A DNA stretch of 64,000 bases, from positions 22,656 through 86,655 of the forward strand of contig JAUNLH010000002.1 in the NCBI GenBank assembly GCA_030532365.1. Direction: 5' to 3'. The first letter of the stretch is position 1. Each line of letters begins with the position of its first letter. The DNA is from Porphyromonas sp. Lineage in GTDB: Bacteria; Bacteroidota; Bacteroidia; Bacteroidales; Porphyromonadaceae. The position numbers and the translations under genes were made by a program. This document shows, one piece after another, positions 9,184 through 20,842 of this stretch. The notes beneath the pieces are model-generated. The model ran no database searches. It saw only the letters and a program-made list of their open reading frames with translations, and was not told the origin of the DNA.

Positions 9184-11073
9184 TCAATCCTCCTCTGGCT
9201 GTAGGTTCTCGACAATGAAGTCCTGGCGGTCTGAGGTGTTGCTCCCCATATAAAACTCGAGGAGCTCCTGTACGTTGTCTTCCTTTCGCATAACTACGGG
9301 ATCGATGCGCATGTTCTCTCCGATAAACTCCTTGAACTCATCGGGGCGGATCTCTCCGAGACCTTTGAAGCGAGTGACCGAAACTCCCTCGCCTAGTTTG
9401 GCGATGGCTCGATCTCGCTCAGCCTCATCATAGCAGTAGATCGTCTCCCGGTCTTTCTTGTCTCGCACTCGGAAGAGCGGTGTCTGGAGGATGTATACAT
9501 GGTTTTGCCGGATCAGCTCTGGGAAGAAGCGGAGAAAGAAGGTGATGAGCAGGAGACGTATGTGCATGCCATCTACGTCCGCATCGGTGGCGACGATCAC
9601 CTTGTTGTACCGGAGTCCTTCGATGTCGTCCTCGACATTGAGGGCAGCTTGAAGTAGGTTGAACTCCTCATTCTCGTAGACGACCTCTTTCTTCCGACCG
9701 TAGCAGTTGAGTGGCTTGCCTCTTAGGGAGAAGACCGCTTGATGCTCAGCGTTTCTGCTCTGGGTAATGCTTCCGCTTGCAGATAGACCCTCGGTGATGA
9801 AGATCTGGGTATCCTCCTTGTTTTTAGCTTTAGGATCGTTGTAATGCTGCGTGCAGTCGCGTAGCTTGCGGTTGTGGATGTTTGCCTTCTTGGCTCGCTC
9901 CTTTGCTGCCTTCGAGATCCCTGCGAGCGACTTGCGCTCTCGTTCGTTCTCCTGTATCTTCTGTAGGAGCGCGTCGGCGGTCTCCTCATTCATGTGCAGG
10001 TAGTCATCCAAGCGCTCTTTGAGGAAGTCGCTGACAAACTTCTGGATCGTTGTACCTCCCTCAGCGATTTCACGGGAGCCTAGCTTAGTCTTTGTTTGAC
10101 TCTCAAAGAGTGGATCCTGTATGCGGATGCTGATCGCAGCCGTAATGCCGGAGCGAATGTCATTGTAGTCAAAGTTGCGGTTGTAGAAGTCTCGGATGGT
10201 TCTAGCTACGTGCTCTTTGAACGCTGAGAGGTGAGTGCCGCCATGGATCGTATTCTGTCCGTTGACAAATGAGTAGTACTCCTCGCCGTACTGAGTTGAG
10301 TGGGTAATGGCAACTTCTATGTCTTTCCCCACAAAGTGAATGATGGGGTAAAGTGGCTCGGAGGTCATAGTGTCGTTGAGCAGATCTAGCAGTCCGTCTT
10401 TCGAGAAGAAGCGCTCTCCGTTGAGGTAGAGCTTCAACCCAGGCTGCAGGTAGGCGTACATCCGCATCATCTCCTCTACAAAGTCCTTCTGGTAGCGATA
10501 GTTCTTAAATATCGTGTCATCGGGTGTGAAGGAAACCAGAGTGCCAGTTGGCTCGGATGGGGCATCGAATAGCTCTCCATCCTCTACCAGCTCTCCGCGC
10601 TCAAAGACTACGGTCTTGCCCTTTCCGTCTCTGTACGAAGTTACCTCTGTGCGGGTACTTAGTGCATTGACAGCTTTAAGTCCGACACCATTGAGACCGA
10701 CTACTTTCTTAAACACCTCATTATCGTACTTGGCGCCGGTATTCATCGTCCCTACCGCTTTCACAAGCGATCCTTGCGGGATTCCTCTACCGTGGTCACG
10801 GATCGTTACCTGTCTCTCCTCGCTGATAGTTACCTCTATCGACTTGCCATACCCCATGGTATACTCATCGATAGAGTTGTCTATCACCTCCTTAAGTAGG
10901 ACATAGATGCCGTCGTCCTTGGCAGTGCCATCTCCTAGCTTTCCGATGTACATGCCGGGTCGGAGCCGTATATGCTCCATCGGCTTTAGAGTAGCTACAG
11001 AGTCTTCATTGTACTTCTCTGTAGCTCTCTTCAGGTCTAGTGTGTCGTCTTTCTCCCTCTCGTCTATTGTCAT
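9184..11073 (-). CDS. parE: DNA topoisomerase IV subunit B (type IIA topoisomerase ATPase subunit)
   Basis: 629 aa with a GHKL ATPase N-terminus (EVIDNSIDE, GLNGVGLKAVNALS), Toprim EGLSA and the DADVDGMHI motif. It is shorter than the adjacent bona fide GyrB and lacks the GyrB C-terminal insert. That pattern fits Bacteroidota ParE. Confidence 0.8.
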   Translation of the reverse strand: MTIDEREKDDTLDLKRATEKYNEDSVATLKPMEHIRLRPGMYIGKLGDGTAKDDGIYVLLKEVIDNSIDEYTMGYGKSIEVTISEERQVTIRDHGRGIPQGSLVKAVGTMNTGAKYDNEVFKKVVGLNGVGLKAVNALSTRTEVTSYRDGKGKTVVFERGELVEDGELFDAPSEPTGTLVSFTPDDTIFKNYRYQKDFVEEMMRMYAYLQPGLKLYLNGERFFSKDGLLDLLNDTMTSEPLYPIIHFVGKDIEVAITHSTQYGEEYYSFVNGQNTIHGGTHLSAFKEHVARTIRDFYNRNFDYNDIRSGITAAISIRIQDPLFESQTKTKLGSREIAEGGTTIQKFVSDFLKERLDDYLHMNEETADALLQKIQENERERKSLAGISKAAKERAKKANIHNRKLRDCTQHYNDPKAKNKEDTQIFITEGLSASGSITQSRNAEHQAVFSLRGKPLNCYGRKKEVVYENEEFNLLQAALNVEDDIEGLRYNKVIVATDADVDGMHIRLLLITFFLRFFPELIRQNHVYILQTPLFRVRDKKDRETIYCYDEAERDRAIAKLGEGVSVTRFKGLGEIRPDEFKEFIGENMRIDPVVMRKEDNVQELLEFYMGSNTSDRQDFIVENLQPEED

Positions 11074-11092
11074 TCTCTACTCTCTCCTATTC

Positions 11093-12238
11093 TCAGTCCA
11101 GCTCTTTGATATACGCGCGTCGCCTCTTGTGTCGCACTCTCTTGAAGTATTTCCATTGGAGCGATACACTTGCGTTAGTCTCGAGTTCCGGGTTGCTCTC
11201 CAGATAGCGTACATGGTATTTATTCATGATCGGTATCAAATCCTCAAATATGAGGGCATTGACCCCCTTATTCTGATACTCCTCAGCCACGGATATCAGC
11301 AGCATATCCACCACCTCAGGTCGCTTGGCGTTGACCGCTCTGAGCAGGTGTATGAAGCCAGTGGGAAAGAGCTTACCCTTAGCTTTCTGCAGAGCTCGGC
11401 TCATGCTGGGCATCGTGATACCAAATCCGACAAGTGCATTGTCCGCCTCTCGTACTATGAAGCTACAAAAATCCAGCTGTAGGAAGTTGATGTACTGCCC
11501 CGCCAGCTGATCGATCTGCTTATCAGTCAGCTCTACATAACCGTAGAGGTGCTTGTAGGTGTCGTTGAGTAGATAAAAGATATCTCTCGCATAAGGCATG
11601 ATCTCCTTTTTCTTCCGGAACTTAACCACCCTAAGACCGTACTTCTCCCGCACGATATTGCCCATTCTGATGTGCTTCTCCGGTATGCTCGATGGCACGT
11701 AGACCTTGTACTCGACCCAGTCGGTATCCTTCTCAAAGCCCATGTACTCCATATGGCGGATGTAGTAGGGGTAGTTGTAGTAGGTAATCATGGTGCCTAG
11801 CTGGTCGAAGCCCTCTACGAGCATGCCCTCCTTGTCCTGGTCGGTAAAGCCCATCGGACCGTGGACCGCCTCACAGCCTTTCTCGCGACCCCACTCTTCG
11901 ACAGCTTGCATAAGCTTCTGAGAGACAGCGAGGTCATCGATGTAGTCAAACCACCCAAAGCGCACTTGACTTTGGTTCCATATATCATTTGCCTTGTAGT
12001 TGCAGATGCCTGCGATACGACCCACCACCTCGTCTCCCCTGTATGCGAGAAAGTAGATAGCGTCACAGTATTCAAAGGCAGGGTTCACCTCGCGGTCCAG
12101 AGTCTCGAGCTCGCTCTCCAGCAGAGATGGCACGTAGTAGTCATTGCCTTTGTATAGCTTATGTTCAAACTCGACGAAGGTCTTCAGCTCTGCCTTGGTA
12201 TTCACCTCCTTGATGACAATGGAGGAGTCGTCCTCCAT
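11093..12238 (-). CDS. Large GNAT-like N-acyltransferase-fold protein, function unknown
   Basis: The ORF track gives 11093..12451. I prefer the ATG at 12238 (MEDDSSIVIKEVNTKAELKTFVEFEHKLYKGNDYYVP), because homologues as I recall them begin this way. ATGs at 12313 and 12301 are alternatives. The C-terminal VAEEYQNKGVNALIFEDL resembles an acetyl-CoA binding segment. Confidence 0.5.
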   Translation of the reverse strand: MEDDSSIVIKEVNTKAELKTFVEFEHKLYKGNDYYVPSLLESELETLDREVNPAFEYCDAIYFLAYRGDEVVGRIAGICNYKANDIWNQSQVRFGWFDYIDDLAVSQKLMQAVEEWGREKGCEAVHGPMGFTDQDKEGMLVEGFDQLGTMITYYNYPYYIRHMEYMGFEKDTDWVEYKVYVPSSIPEKHIRMGNIVREKYGLRVVKFRKKKEIMPYARDIFYLLNDTYKHLYGYVELTDKQIDQLAGQYINFLQLDFCSFIVREADNALVGFGITMPSMSRALQKAKGKLFPTGFIHLLRAVNAKRPEVVDMLLISVAEEYQNKGVNALIFEDLIPIMNKYHVRYLESNPELETNASVSLQWKYFKRVRHKRRRAYIKELD

Positions 12239-12458
12239 AGGCGACCTGAAGTATCGAAAGAGCCTCCGTCCGTATTTGTTGGAGGGCAGGCTTACATTCA
12301 TCGGGATCTTCATAGCACGTTTTGCTCTTATTTGTGTATAAGTAGAGCACAAATTTAAGTATAATTTCTGATAAGTGCCTTTTGACGCTACCGCGGAGAC
12401 CCGCTCGACACAGGGTATCAGGGTCGCTATTTGCTTAGGTAAGTTGGACAAAAATCGT

Positions 12459-12466
12459 TATCTTTG
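12459..12466 (+). promoter_or_regulatory. Candidate -7 box (TATCTTTG) for gyrB
   Basis: Exact TAnnTTTG match, 97 nt upstream of the gyrB ATG, in the divergent intergenic region. Confidence 0.3.
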
Positions 12467-12553
12467 TGTGATAAGAAATATAGATGCACAGCGGAGGGAG
12501 TGCCCATCGAGATGCACTCTAAAAAGCTGTCTAAAAGCATATAGATTAAGTAG

Positions 12554-14557
<2,004 letters not shown>

Positions 14558-14586
14558 TAGATAAGTATCCATAGGATCAAAGACGA

Positions 14587-14626
14587 GCGAGTCGTGCAAG
14601 TAATCACTTGCATGGCTCGCTTTTTT
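14587..14626 (+). terminator. Rho-independent terminator of gyrB
   Basis: GCGAGTCGTGCAAGT-AATC-ACTTGCATGGCTCGC forms a 15-bp stem with two G-U pairs. TTTTTT follows it, 30 nt after the gyrB stop. Confidence 0.8.
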
Positions 14627-14767
14627 GAATGACCACCTACGGATACTAAAGACCCTTATATGATATCAAAATAGTAATCGAAATGCCACTCGGGCGGTGC
14701 CTTGTTGTAGATAAAGAAGCACTCCTCAGTCACCTCTTCTGGTGCGCCCTCTTAGCTAGAGGCTCCC

Positions 14768-14871
14768 TGACCTCCGAACTTAAAAAATCTAAGTTCCCAA
14801 CTTCGATCGATCTAAGTTCCGGTCTTAGGCAAATCTAAGTTCCGAACTCCGACGAACCGAAGTTGGGGTCT
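14768..14871. repeat. Brick array B: leader plus four 23-bp phased units
   Basis: The leader is TGACCTCCGAACTTAAAAAATC. The units are TCTAAGTTCCCAACTTCGATCGA / TCTAAGTTCCGGTCTTAGGCAAA / TCTAAGTTCCGAACTCCGACGAA / CCGAAGTTGGGGTCT. Cores start at 14791, 14814, 14837 and 14860. Confidence 0.85.
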
Positions 14872-15048
14872 GCGTTTCAGAGAAGCTCCTAGGGAGGTTA
14901 TCTATAAATTCCTTTTCTAATAGATAGTACTTTGAAACTAATGAGGGTAGGGGGTGGGGATGTGCCTTTTCAATAGGTGGCAGAAATTCGTATCTTTACA
15001 GCTAAAAGGGGGTGGATCGTAATCGAGATCGTGAGAGAGGTTATTAGA

Positions 15049-16836
15049 ATGTTCTGCAGGTACAAATCGATATATAAGGGGTGGGTTGCACTATTATTCA
15101 TCACACTCATACTGAGTTCTCCTGCTCTGAAGGCACAAGAGAGCACCGATCGGGTTATGGATGAGACTTTGCTCTTTGAGCGTCTCTACAATAGGGCGAT
15201 GCAGGTCAATGAGCAAGACCCTACCCAGCTCTCCAAGCGTATCAATCTGCTCTGGATGGCGAGCCTGGTGGATGGTGATAACCCCGCTGTGCTCTCTGAG
15301 CTGGGCAAGGTGTACGGCTTGTGGCTCAATCAGCCGGCTGTCGGTCTCTCTATGCTTGAGACCGCCTTTGCCAATTCGGGCAACGACCTTTACATCGGTA
15401 TGGACCTCTTCGGGCTTGCTGTGGAGAGTAAAGACTATGATGTGGCGGAGCAGACCGCACTTAAGCTCCTAGAGAAAGATCCCAATAGCATACAGATCCT
15501 TGGAGCGCTGGTCTCCATTTATGAGGAGTCCGGACAGGAAGAGCTTGCCCTCAGCACACTACGACGGATCAAAGAGTACAACGAGCGACATGCCAAGCGA
15601 CCCGAAATCATCTATCGTGAGGTGAGCCTATTGGTGTCGCTGGATAGGCGAGAGGAGGCGATACAACTACTTGAGGAGCACATGTCGGAAAACCCCAAAG
15701 ATCCCACCTCCTATTCGTATATGATTGCCCTCTATACTGATTGGGCTGAGGCTGACAAGGCAATAGAAGTGATCGGGAGAGCGCTTGAGCGAATACCAGA
15801 CAATCCTATGATCAGGGAGGTTGCGGTCTCTTCTTATGCCCAACAAGGGCGATACCAAGAAGCGGTGGATCTGATACTAGAGGTTGCCAAGAGTGAAGGG
15901 GCGACGCAAGAGATGATCTCTGACTTAATCCTCTCAGCACGGAGAGGAGCGAAGTCTGTGACGGAACTATTGCCCTATTTGATGCCGGTAGAGGAGGAGA
16001 TCATTAAGCTCCTCCCTGAGACCGATCTCTTGGTGAGGGGGCTTGCTATTGAGCACTTCTTCGTAGGAGACTCGATACAGGCAGAGACGCTCTTTATGGA
16101 TCTGGTGAGGCGAGAGACACAGCTCGAGGAGCCCTATCACTATTTCATAGAGCAACTGATGTCTGAGGTCGATGATGAGTCTATTGCTAGCCAGATAGAG
16201 GAAGTGCTCGGGCATGGGCTCAACGCTCTACCAGAGGATGGCTTGATACAGCTATCTGCTATCTTTTTGTCGTTAGAGCAGGGCGATACGATTGCACATG
16301 TGAATAGGGTAAACCAAGCGATCGAGCTGGTGCCAAGGAGCGATCAAAGGTATGGGATGATAGCGCTCATCAAGGCTGACATGGAGCAGGAGGAGGACAA
16401 CTGGGAGGAGGCACAGCACTACTATGAAATAGCGATCACCTATCCTAACCCATTGGCTTATAATAACTACGCCTATGGGCTTGCCAATCGCGGGACAAGG
16501 GAAGACTTGGTGAGGGCTGAGGAGCTCGCACGTCGCGCAGTACAGATGTCCCAAGATGACTCTCCTCATGCCCTTGATACCTATGCTTGGATCCTCTACC
16601 TGAGGGAGGCATATACCTTGGCGCGCCTATATATGGAGAAGTCGCTAGAGCAGATGGAGGAGCCCGATCCTCTCTACTACGAGCATTATGCCCTTATACT
16701 GGTAGCGCTGGAGGACTACCATGGGGCAATCGAAGCGTGGCAGAATGCTCTTGACGCTGGGGGAGATGCAGATAAGATTGCTATCGAGATGGCGCAGTTG
16801 CGAGAGATGATGGATAAGAGCGAGCTGGAGCAATGA
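15049..16836 (+). CDS. Secreted tetratricopeptide-repeat (TPR) protein
   Basis: The ORF-track start at 14977 is a GTG. The ATG at 15049 gives a signal peptide (WVALLFITLILSSPALKAQ). The remainder is made of repeated TPR-like helical pairs. A near-consensus -7 box, TATCTTTA, lies at 14991-14998. Confidence 0.7.
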   Translation: MFCRYKSIYKGWVALLFITLILSSPALKAQESTDRVMDETLLFERLYNRAMQVNEQDPTQLSKRINLLWMASLVDGDNPAVLSELGKVYGLWLNQPAVGLSMLETAFANSGNDLYIGMDLFGLAVESKDYDVAEQTALKLLEKDPNSIQILGALVSIYEESGQEELALSTLRRIKEYNERHAKRPEIIYREVSLLVSLDRREEAIQLLEEHMSENPKDPTSYSYMIALYTDWAEADKAIEVIGRALERIPDNPMIREVAVSSYAQQGRYQEAVDLILEVAKSEGATQEMISDLILSARRGAKSVTELLPYLMPVEEEIIKLLPETDLLVRGLAIEHFFVGDSIQAETLFMDLVRRETQLEEPYHYFIEQLMSEVDDESIASQIEEVLGHGLNALPEDGLIQLSAIFLSLEQGDTIAHVNRVNQAIELVPRSDQRYGMIALIKADMEQEEDNWEEAQHYYEIAITYPNPLAYNNYAYGLANRGTREDLVRAEELARRAVQMSQDDSPHALDTYAWILYLREAYTLARLYMEKSLEQMEEPDPLYYEHYALILVALEDYHGAIEAWQNALDAGGDADKIAIEMAQLREMMDKSELEQ

Positions 16837-17714
16837 GACGTGCAGTAAGTAAATATACACTCCTCGGGTGGTTGTCGCTCCTACTTCTGGTGGCTGGAGT
16901 TGCCTCCTCGTGTGGTACTCAGAAGCGGGTCACTAGTGGCACCACAGCGGCACTTCCTACACTCTCGAAGAGGGAGTTCCTTAAGGCTTATAGCCACCTC
17001 TCGGCTCCTGTGGTGGTAGATGCAAAGGGGACCATTACGATGAATAGCGATGGCAAGACCAACTTTTCGAGTCCGATGCGATGGTCGCTAGCTCGTGATA
17101 GCCTCTTTGTCCTCTCCGTGCGCCCTCTAGGACTTGTGGAGGCGCTTAGGATGACAGTGAGTGAGGAGCACCTAGTGATCTTGGATAGGATCAATAGGAG
17201 AGGCTTCACGGCAGAGGATCCCTCGCTATTGTATCAGACAGCAACGGGGGTGACAGGCTTTGATGTCGCCATCCTCAAGAGTATAGCTCAGCAAGAGCCC
17301 TTTTCGCTCCTCCATGGCAGTGGAGTTGGGGTTCTGCGACAGATGGACTTCGCTCGCGATAGCCGTTATTACCGCTTTGAGGAGAGGGACAGACGAAGTG
17401 GGGCGCTTGTGGTGCACCTCTTCAGTCCGGCACTAGTCTTGGTAGAGAGCCAGTTCCGGATACCCAATGTCGGTGAGATTCGTGTCGCATATGGCGCACA
17501 CGAGTATCTCGATGGTCCTCTCTTTGCCACTCCGGTTGCTCGCCAGACTGATGTGACCCTGACGCTCATCTCAGAGCGGGAGATGGAGCAAATGAGGCTA
17601 AAGGTAGAGCTGGATGACCTGCGCAGGGAGCTGAGCCAACAGCCTGATACTGAGCTACCAAGTAGGTATCAGAGGTTGACCATACAAGAAATACTTAGGA
17701 GTTTCAGAGAATGA
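16833..17714 (+). CDS. Lipoprotein, DUF4292-like
   Basis: 293 aa with a lipobox (LLLVAGVASSCG). ATGA overlaps at both ends couple it to the TPR and M23 genes. This trio is conserved in Bacteroidota as I recall. Confidence 0.55.
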   Translation: MRRAVSKYTLLGWLSLLLLVAGVASSCGTQKRVTSGTTAALPTLSKREFLKAYSHLSAPVVVDAKGTITMNSDGKTNFSSPMRWSLARDSLFVLSVRPLGLVEALRMTVSEEHLVILDRINRRGFTAEDPSLLYQTATGVTGFDVAILKSIAQQEPFSLLHGSGVGVLRQMDFARDSRYYRFEERDRRSGALVVHLFSPALVLVESQFRIPNVGEIRVAYGAHEYLDGPLFATPVARQTDVTLTLISEREMEQMRLKVELDDLRRELSQQPDTELPSRYQRLTIQEILRSFRE

Positions 17715-18982
17715 AGTGTGTGTGGCGATATATCCCGTTGCTCTTGGTGTTGACACTCTTTGTGGTTCAGCCATTTATGGCTCAGACGCCCCCGAAGTCT
17801 GCAGCCGTACAGAAACTGGAGCGCCAGCGTAAGAGTATCCTAGAGAGCATCGAGCGGGTCAATCAACTGCTTAAGAAAGCCTCTACGGATGCAAAGAGCA
17901 GTCTCCAGCAGCTTCAGCTCCTAGAGAGCCAGATACGGTCGAGAGAGAAGATCATACAGACCCTAGAGGCAGAGATCAAGGTGACTGAGTCGCAGATAGT
18001 TGAGTTTCAAGTGAGGATAGCTGAGCTCGAAGAGCAATTTGCGAAGCGTCAGAAGAGCTACGTCTCCTCTATTCGTGCGATGCAGCGTCGCACCAAGACG
18101 GAGGATCAATTGTTATTTATCCTCTCCGCAGAGGACTTCGCGCAAGGGCTAAGGCGGGCTCGTTACCTCGCTGAGTATGCTACTTGGCAGAAAAAGGAGG
18201 GGGAGAAACTCCGTGCCTTGAGGGAGGAGCTTGATAGGGAGAAAGCGAATCTGGAGGCACAGAAAGAGCAGAAGGAGGTGCTTTTGACGAGCCGTAAGGA
18301 GGAGCAGGCAAACCTGGAGAACGATCGGAGCAAGAGCAGAGCTAAAGTGAAAGAGCTTAGGGGGCAGGAGAAGGAGCTTCAGCAGGAGCTGAAGCGTCAG
18401 AGAGCCCAAGCAGCGGCACTCAATAAGCAGATTGAGCAACAGATAGCTCGGGAGATCGCTGCAGCTGAGGAGGCAGCTCGGAAGCAAAAAGGACAGACCG
18501 GCAAGGCAACTCGCCAGGCTGCTACCAAGGGGGGCTATGCAATGACGGAGGCTGAGCTTAAGCTCTCTAGTAATTTTGCAGAGAATAGGGGGAAACTCCC
18601 AGCTCCGATCTCAGGGTACTATACAGTGATAGCACCTTTTGGCATCTATTCACCGGAGGGTTTGCGTAATGTCAGGGTGAATAACAGTGGTATCGACATC
18701 CAAGGTGCACAGGGAGCGGAGGCTCGGGCTGTTTTTGATGGGGTCGTAACCAAGATCTTTGTGGTAGAGGGGTATGACAATTCAGTCATCGTTCGGCACG
18801 GTAACTACCTTACCGTGTACAGCAATCTTACAACTGTATACGTCAAGACAGGCGACAAAGTCTCTACCGGACAGGCACTGGGTAAACTCTACAGTGACCC
18901 TGCGCTGGGTGGAGCTACCAAGTTGCACTTCCAGCTGTGGAAAGAAAGAACCAAGCTAGACCCCCAGCTATGGATCAGATAA
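17711..18982 (+). CDS. Peptidase M23 family protein with N-terminal coiled coil (EnvC-like murein hydrolase activator)
   Basis: 423 aa with a signal peptide and a long Q/E/K/L coiled coil. The C-terminal LytM/M23 domain includes GIDIQGAQGAEARAVFDGVV and HGNYLTVYSNL. Confidence 0.8.
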   Translation: MKCVWRYIPLLLVLTLFVVQPFMAQTPPKSAAVQKLERQRKSILESIERVNQLLKKASTDAKSSLQQLQLLESQIRSREKIIQTLEAEIKVTESQIVEFQVRIAELEEQFAKRQKSYVSSIRAMQRRTKTEDQLLFILSAEDFAQGLRRARYLAEYATWQKKEGEKLRALREELDREKANLEAQKEQKEVLLTSRKEEQANLENDRSKSRAKVKELRGQEKELQQELKRQRAQAAALNKQIEQQIAREIAAAEEAARKQKGQTGKATRQAATKGGYAMTEAELKLSSNFAENRGKLPAPISGYYTVIAPFGIYSPEGLRNVRVNNSGIDIQGAQGAEARAVFDGVVTKIFVVEGYDNSVIVRHGNYLTVYSNLTTVYVKTGDKVSTGQALGKLYSDPALGGATKLHFQLWKERTKLDPQLWIR

Positions 18983-18991
18983 GTAGGTGTG

Positions 18992-19984
18992 ATGACAAAG
19001 GTATTGCATAGCATAGATGAGTTGAAGTCCGAACTAGGATCAAACGAACAGTTGGTGGTGTCAGTGGGCTTCTTTGATGGGGTCCACAAAGGACATCAAT
19101 CGTTGATCAAAACGCTGCTCCAAGAGGCGGAGAAAGGCAATAAGCGCTCCGTGATTATCACCATGGATGAGCACCCGAGCAGAGTCCTGGGAGGCGATGG
19201 CGGTCAGGTGCCTCTCCTCACCTCTCAAGCTGAGCGTCTGCGACTTTTAAGAGCCGCGGGAGCGGATTTTTTACTGGTACTCACGTTTGATCGAGCTCTA
19301 TCTGAGATGAGCGCCGAACAGTTTCTTCAACCCCTGATAGAGCTAGGACTGAATGAGCTAGTATTGGGCTATGACAATAGGTTTGGTCATAATAGCCAGA
19401 GGTTAAGTCAGGAAGAGTTTGACACGCAGATCCGAGCAATGGGTTTGACGCTAAGGAGGGTAAAGCCCTTTGTCATAGATGGCGAGGTCACCGTTAGCTC
19501 GAGTGCGATACGGACTGCCCTAGCAGCTGGTGACTTCTTAGCTGTAGAGCGGTTGCTCGGGAGACCCTACTCTCTGGAGGGCGAGGTGGCTAAAGGGCGT
19601 CAGATCGGTAGATCTATCGGGTATCCCACTGCCAACCTATTTCTCGATGACGCTGAGGTGCTTCTGCCCAAGACTGGGGTCTACATCGCAGAGGTGATGT
19701 ATGGCGGAGAGCAGTACAAAGCAATGGGGTATCTCGGGAGTAGCCCGACAGTCACAGGATCAATGCAGGGCGAGCAACGTTTTGAAGCATTTTTGCTAGA
19801 CTTTAAGGGGGACATTTATGGCGAAGAGATAGAGGTCTATCTCCGCCTTTATCTACGTGGAGACATTCGTTTTGGCACCTTGGAAGAGCTGAAGCAGCAG
19901 TTGACCCAAGACGAAGTGCGCACCCGCAACTTCTTTAAGCAACAGGGACTTAGTGATACAAATAGAACAAAGCTGTGGAACTGA
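18992..19984 (+). CDS. ribF: Bifunctional riboflavin kinase / FMN adenylyltransferase
   Basis: VSVGFFDGVHKGHQSLI marks the FAD synthetase N-terminal domain. GRQIGRSIGYPTANL and the following block mark the riboflavin kinase C-terminal domain. Confidence 0.9.
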   Translation: MTKVLHSIDELKSELGSNEQLVVSVGFFDGVHKGHQSLIKTLLQEAEKGNKRSVIITMDEHPSRVLGGDGGQVPLLTSQAERLRLLRAAGADFLLVLTFDRALSEMSAEQFLQPLIELGLNELVLGYDNRFGHNSQRLSQEEFDTQIRAMGLTLRRVKPFVIDGEVTVSSSAIRTALAAGDFLAVERLLGRPYSLEGEVAKGRQIGRSIGYPTANLFLDDAEVLLPKTGVYIAEVMYGGEQYKAMGYLGSSPTVTGSMQGEQRFEAFLLDFKGDIYGEEIEVYLRLYLRGDIRFGTLEELKQQLTQDEVRTRNFFKQQGLSDTNRTKLWN

Positions 19985-20829
19985 TAGATATAAAAAAGGT
20001 CATACGTCAGAAGTACAAAGGCTATATGCCCAACTTCGTCTTCAAGTGGCTCGAACGCTTGATTGAACAAGATGAACTTAATAGGCTTCATACCCTCACC
20101 AAAGATATGAGCGGAGTGGATGCTGCTGACCGGCTCATTGAGGAGCTAGACCAGTCGGTTGAGGTGATAGGAGCAGATAGGTTGCCACCTAAGGAGGAGC
20201 GTTGCCTCTTCGTCTCTAATCATCCCCTCGGAGGTGCGGATGGCATCATATACACCTCGCTTCTAGGCAGGTACTATGATGGTAACATCGCACTCCTAGT
20301 AAATGATGTGCTCCTTAACCTAGAACAGTTCTCCGATGTCTTTGTTCCGGTCAATAAATATGGCACTCAGGGGCGTGATAGACACAAGATGATCGAAGAA
20401 GCCCTTCAGTCGGATAAGCAGGTCTTTACATTTCCTGCTGGTCTCTGCTCTAGGCTAGAGAACGGAGAGATACGCGATACTGAGTGGCATGTTAGCTTTG
20501 TACGTATGGCAAAGAGAAGTCAACGTACCGTGGTACCTCTGTACTTCGATGGAGTCAATAGCGACCGCTTCTACAACTGGGCTAATAGACGCAAGCGGAT
20601 GGGTGTGAAGTTTAACTACGAGTTGATCCTACTCCCTTCTGAGTTTGTTCACTCCAAGGGCAAGCACTATCGGATATACGTCGGAGAGCCCATTGCTCCT
20701 GAGGATCTCCCGTCTGGCACTTCCATTCATGCCTTTGCCGATCGCGTCTATCAAGAGATCTACAACTATCCAGAGCGATATGCCAATGAGCCAAAGGAGT
20801 TGCTCGTGTCGAAGAAAGAAAAACACTAA
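19975..20829 (+). CDS. PlsC-like lysolipid O-acyltransferase (GlsA/ChoB-like glycine-lipid acyltransferase)
   Basis: 284 aa with a GTG start overlapping the ribF stop. The acyltransferase block is SNHPLGGADG. It lies directly upstream of the N-acyltransferase gene, matching the Bacteroidales glycine-lipid pair. Confidence 0.65.
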   Translation: MELIDIKKVIRQKYKGYMPNFVFKWLERLIEQDELNRLHTLTKDMSGVDAADRLIEELDQSVEVIGADRLPPKEERCLFVSNHPLGGADGIIYTSLLGRYYDGNIALLVNDVLLNLEQFSDVFVPVNKYGTQGRDRHKMIEEALQSDKQVFTFPAGLCSRLENGEIRDTEWHVSFVRMAKRSQRTVVPLYFDGVNSDRFYNWANRRKRMGVKFNYELILLPSEFVHSKGKHYRIYVGEPIAPEDLPSGTSIHAFADRVYQEIYNYPERYANEPKELLVSKKEKH

Positions 20830-20842
20830 GAACCACCTCAAT

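Noticed and set aside
10514-11482. Long antisense ORFs opposite real genes. Examples are 10514-10906 and 10907-11482 opposite parE, 1061-1543, 50106-50606 opposite subunit D, and 52818-53249 and 53501-53902 opposite subunit A.
   Set aside because: Each is fully embedded antisense in a gene with strong motif support. Each is rich in S/L/R/P codon mirrors and lacks a start context or any recognisable domain. This is the typical shadow-ORF pattern.
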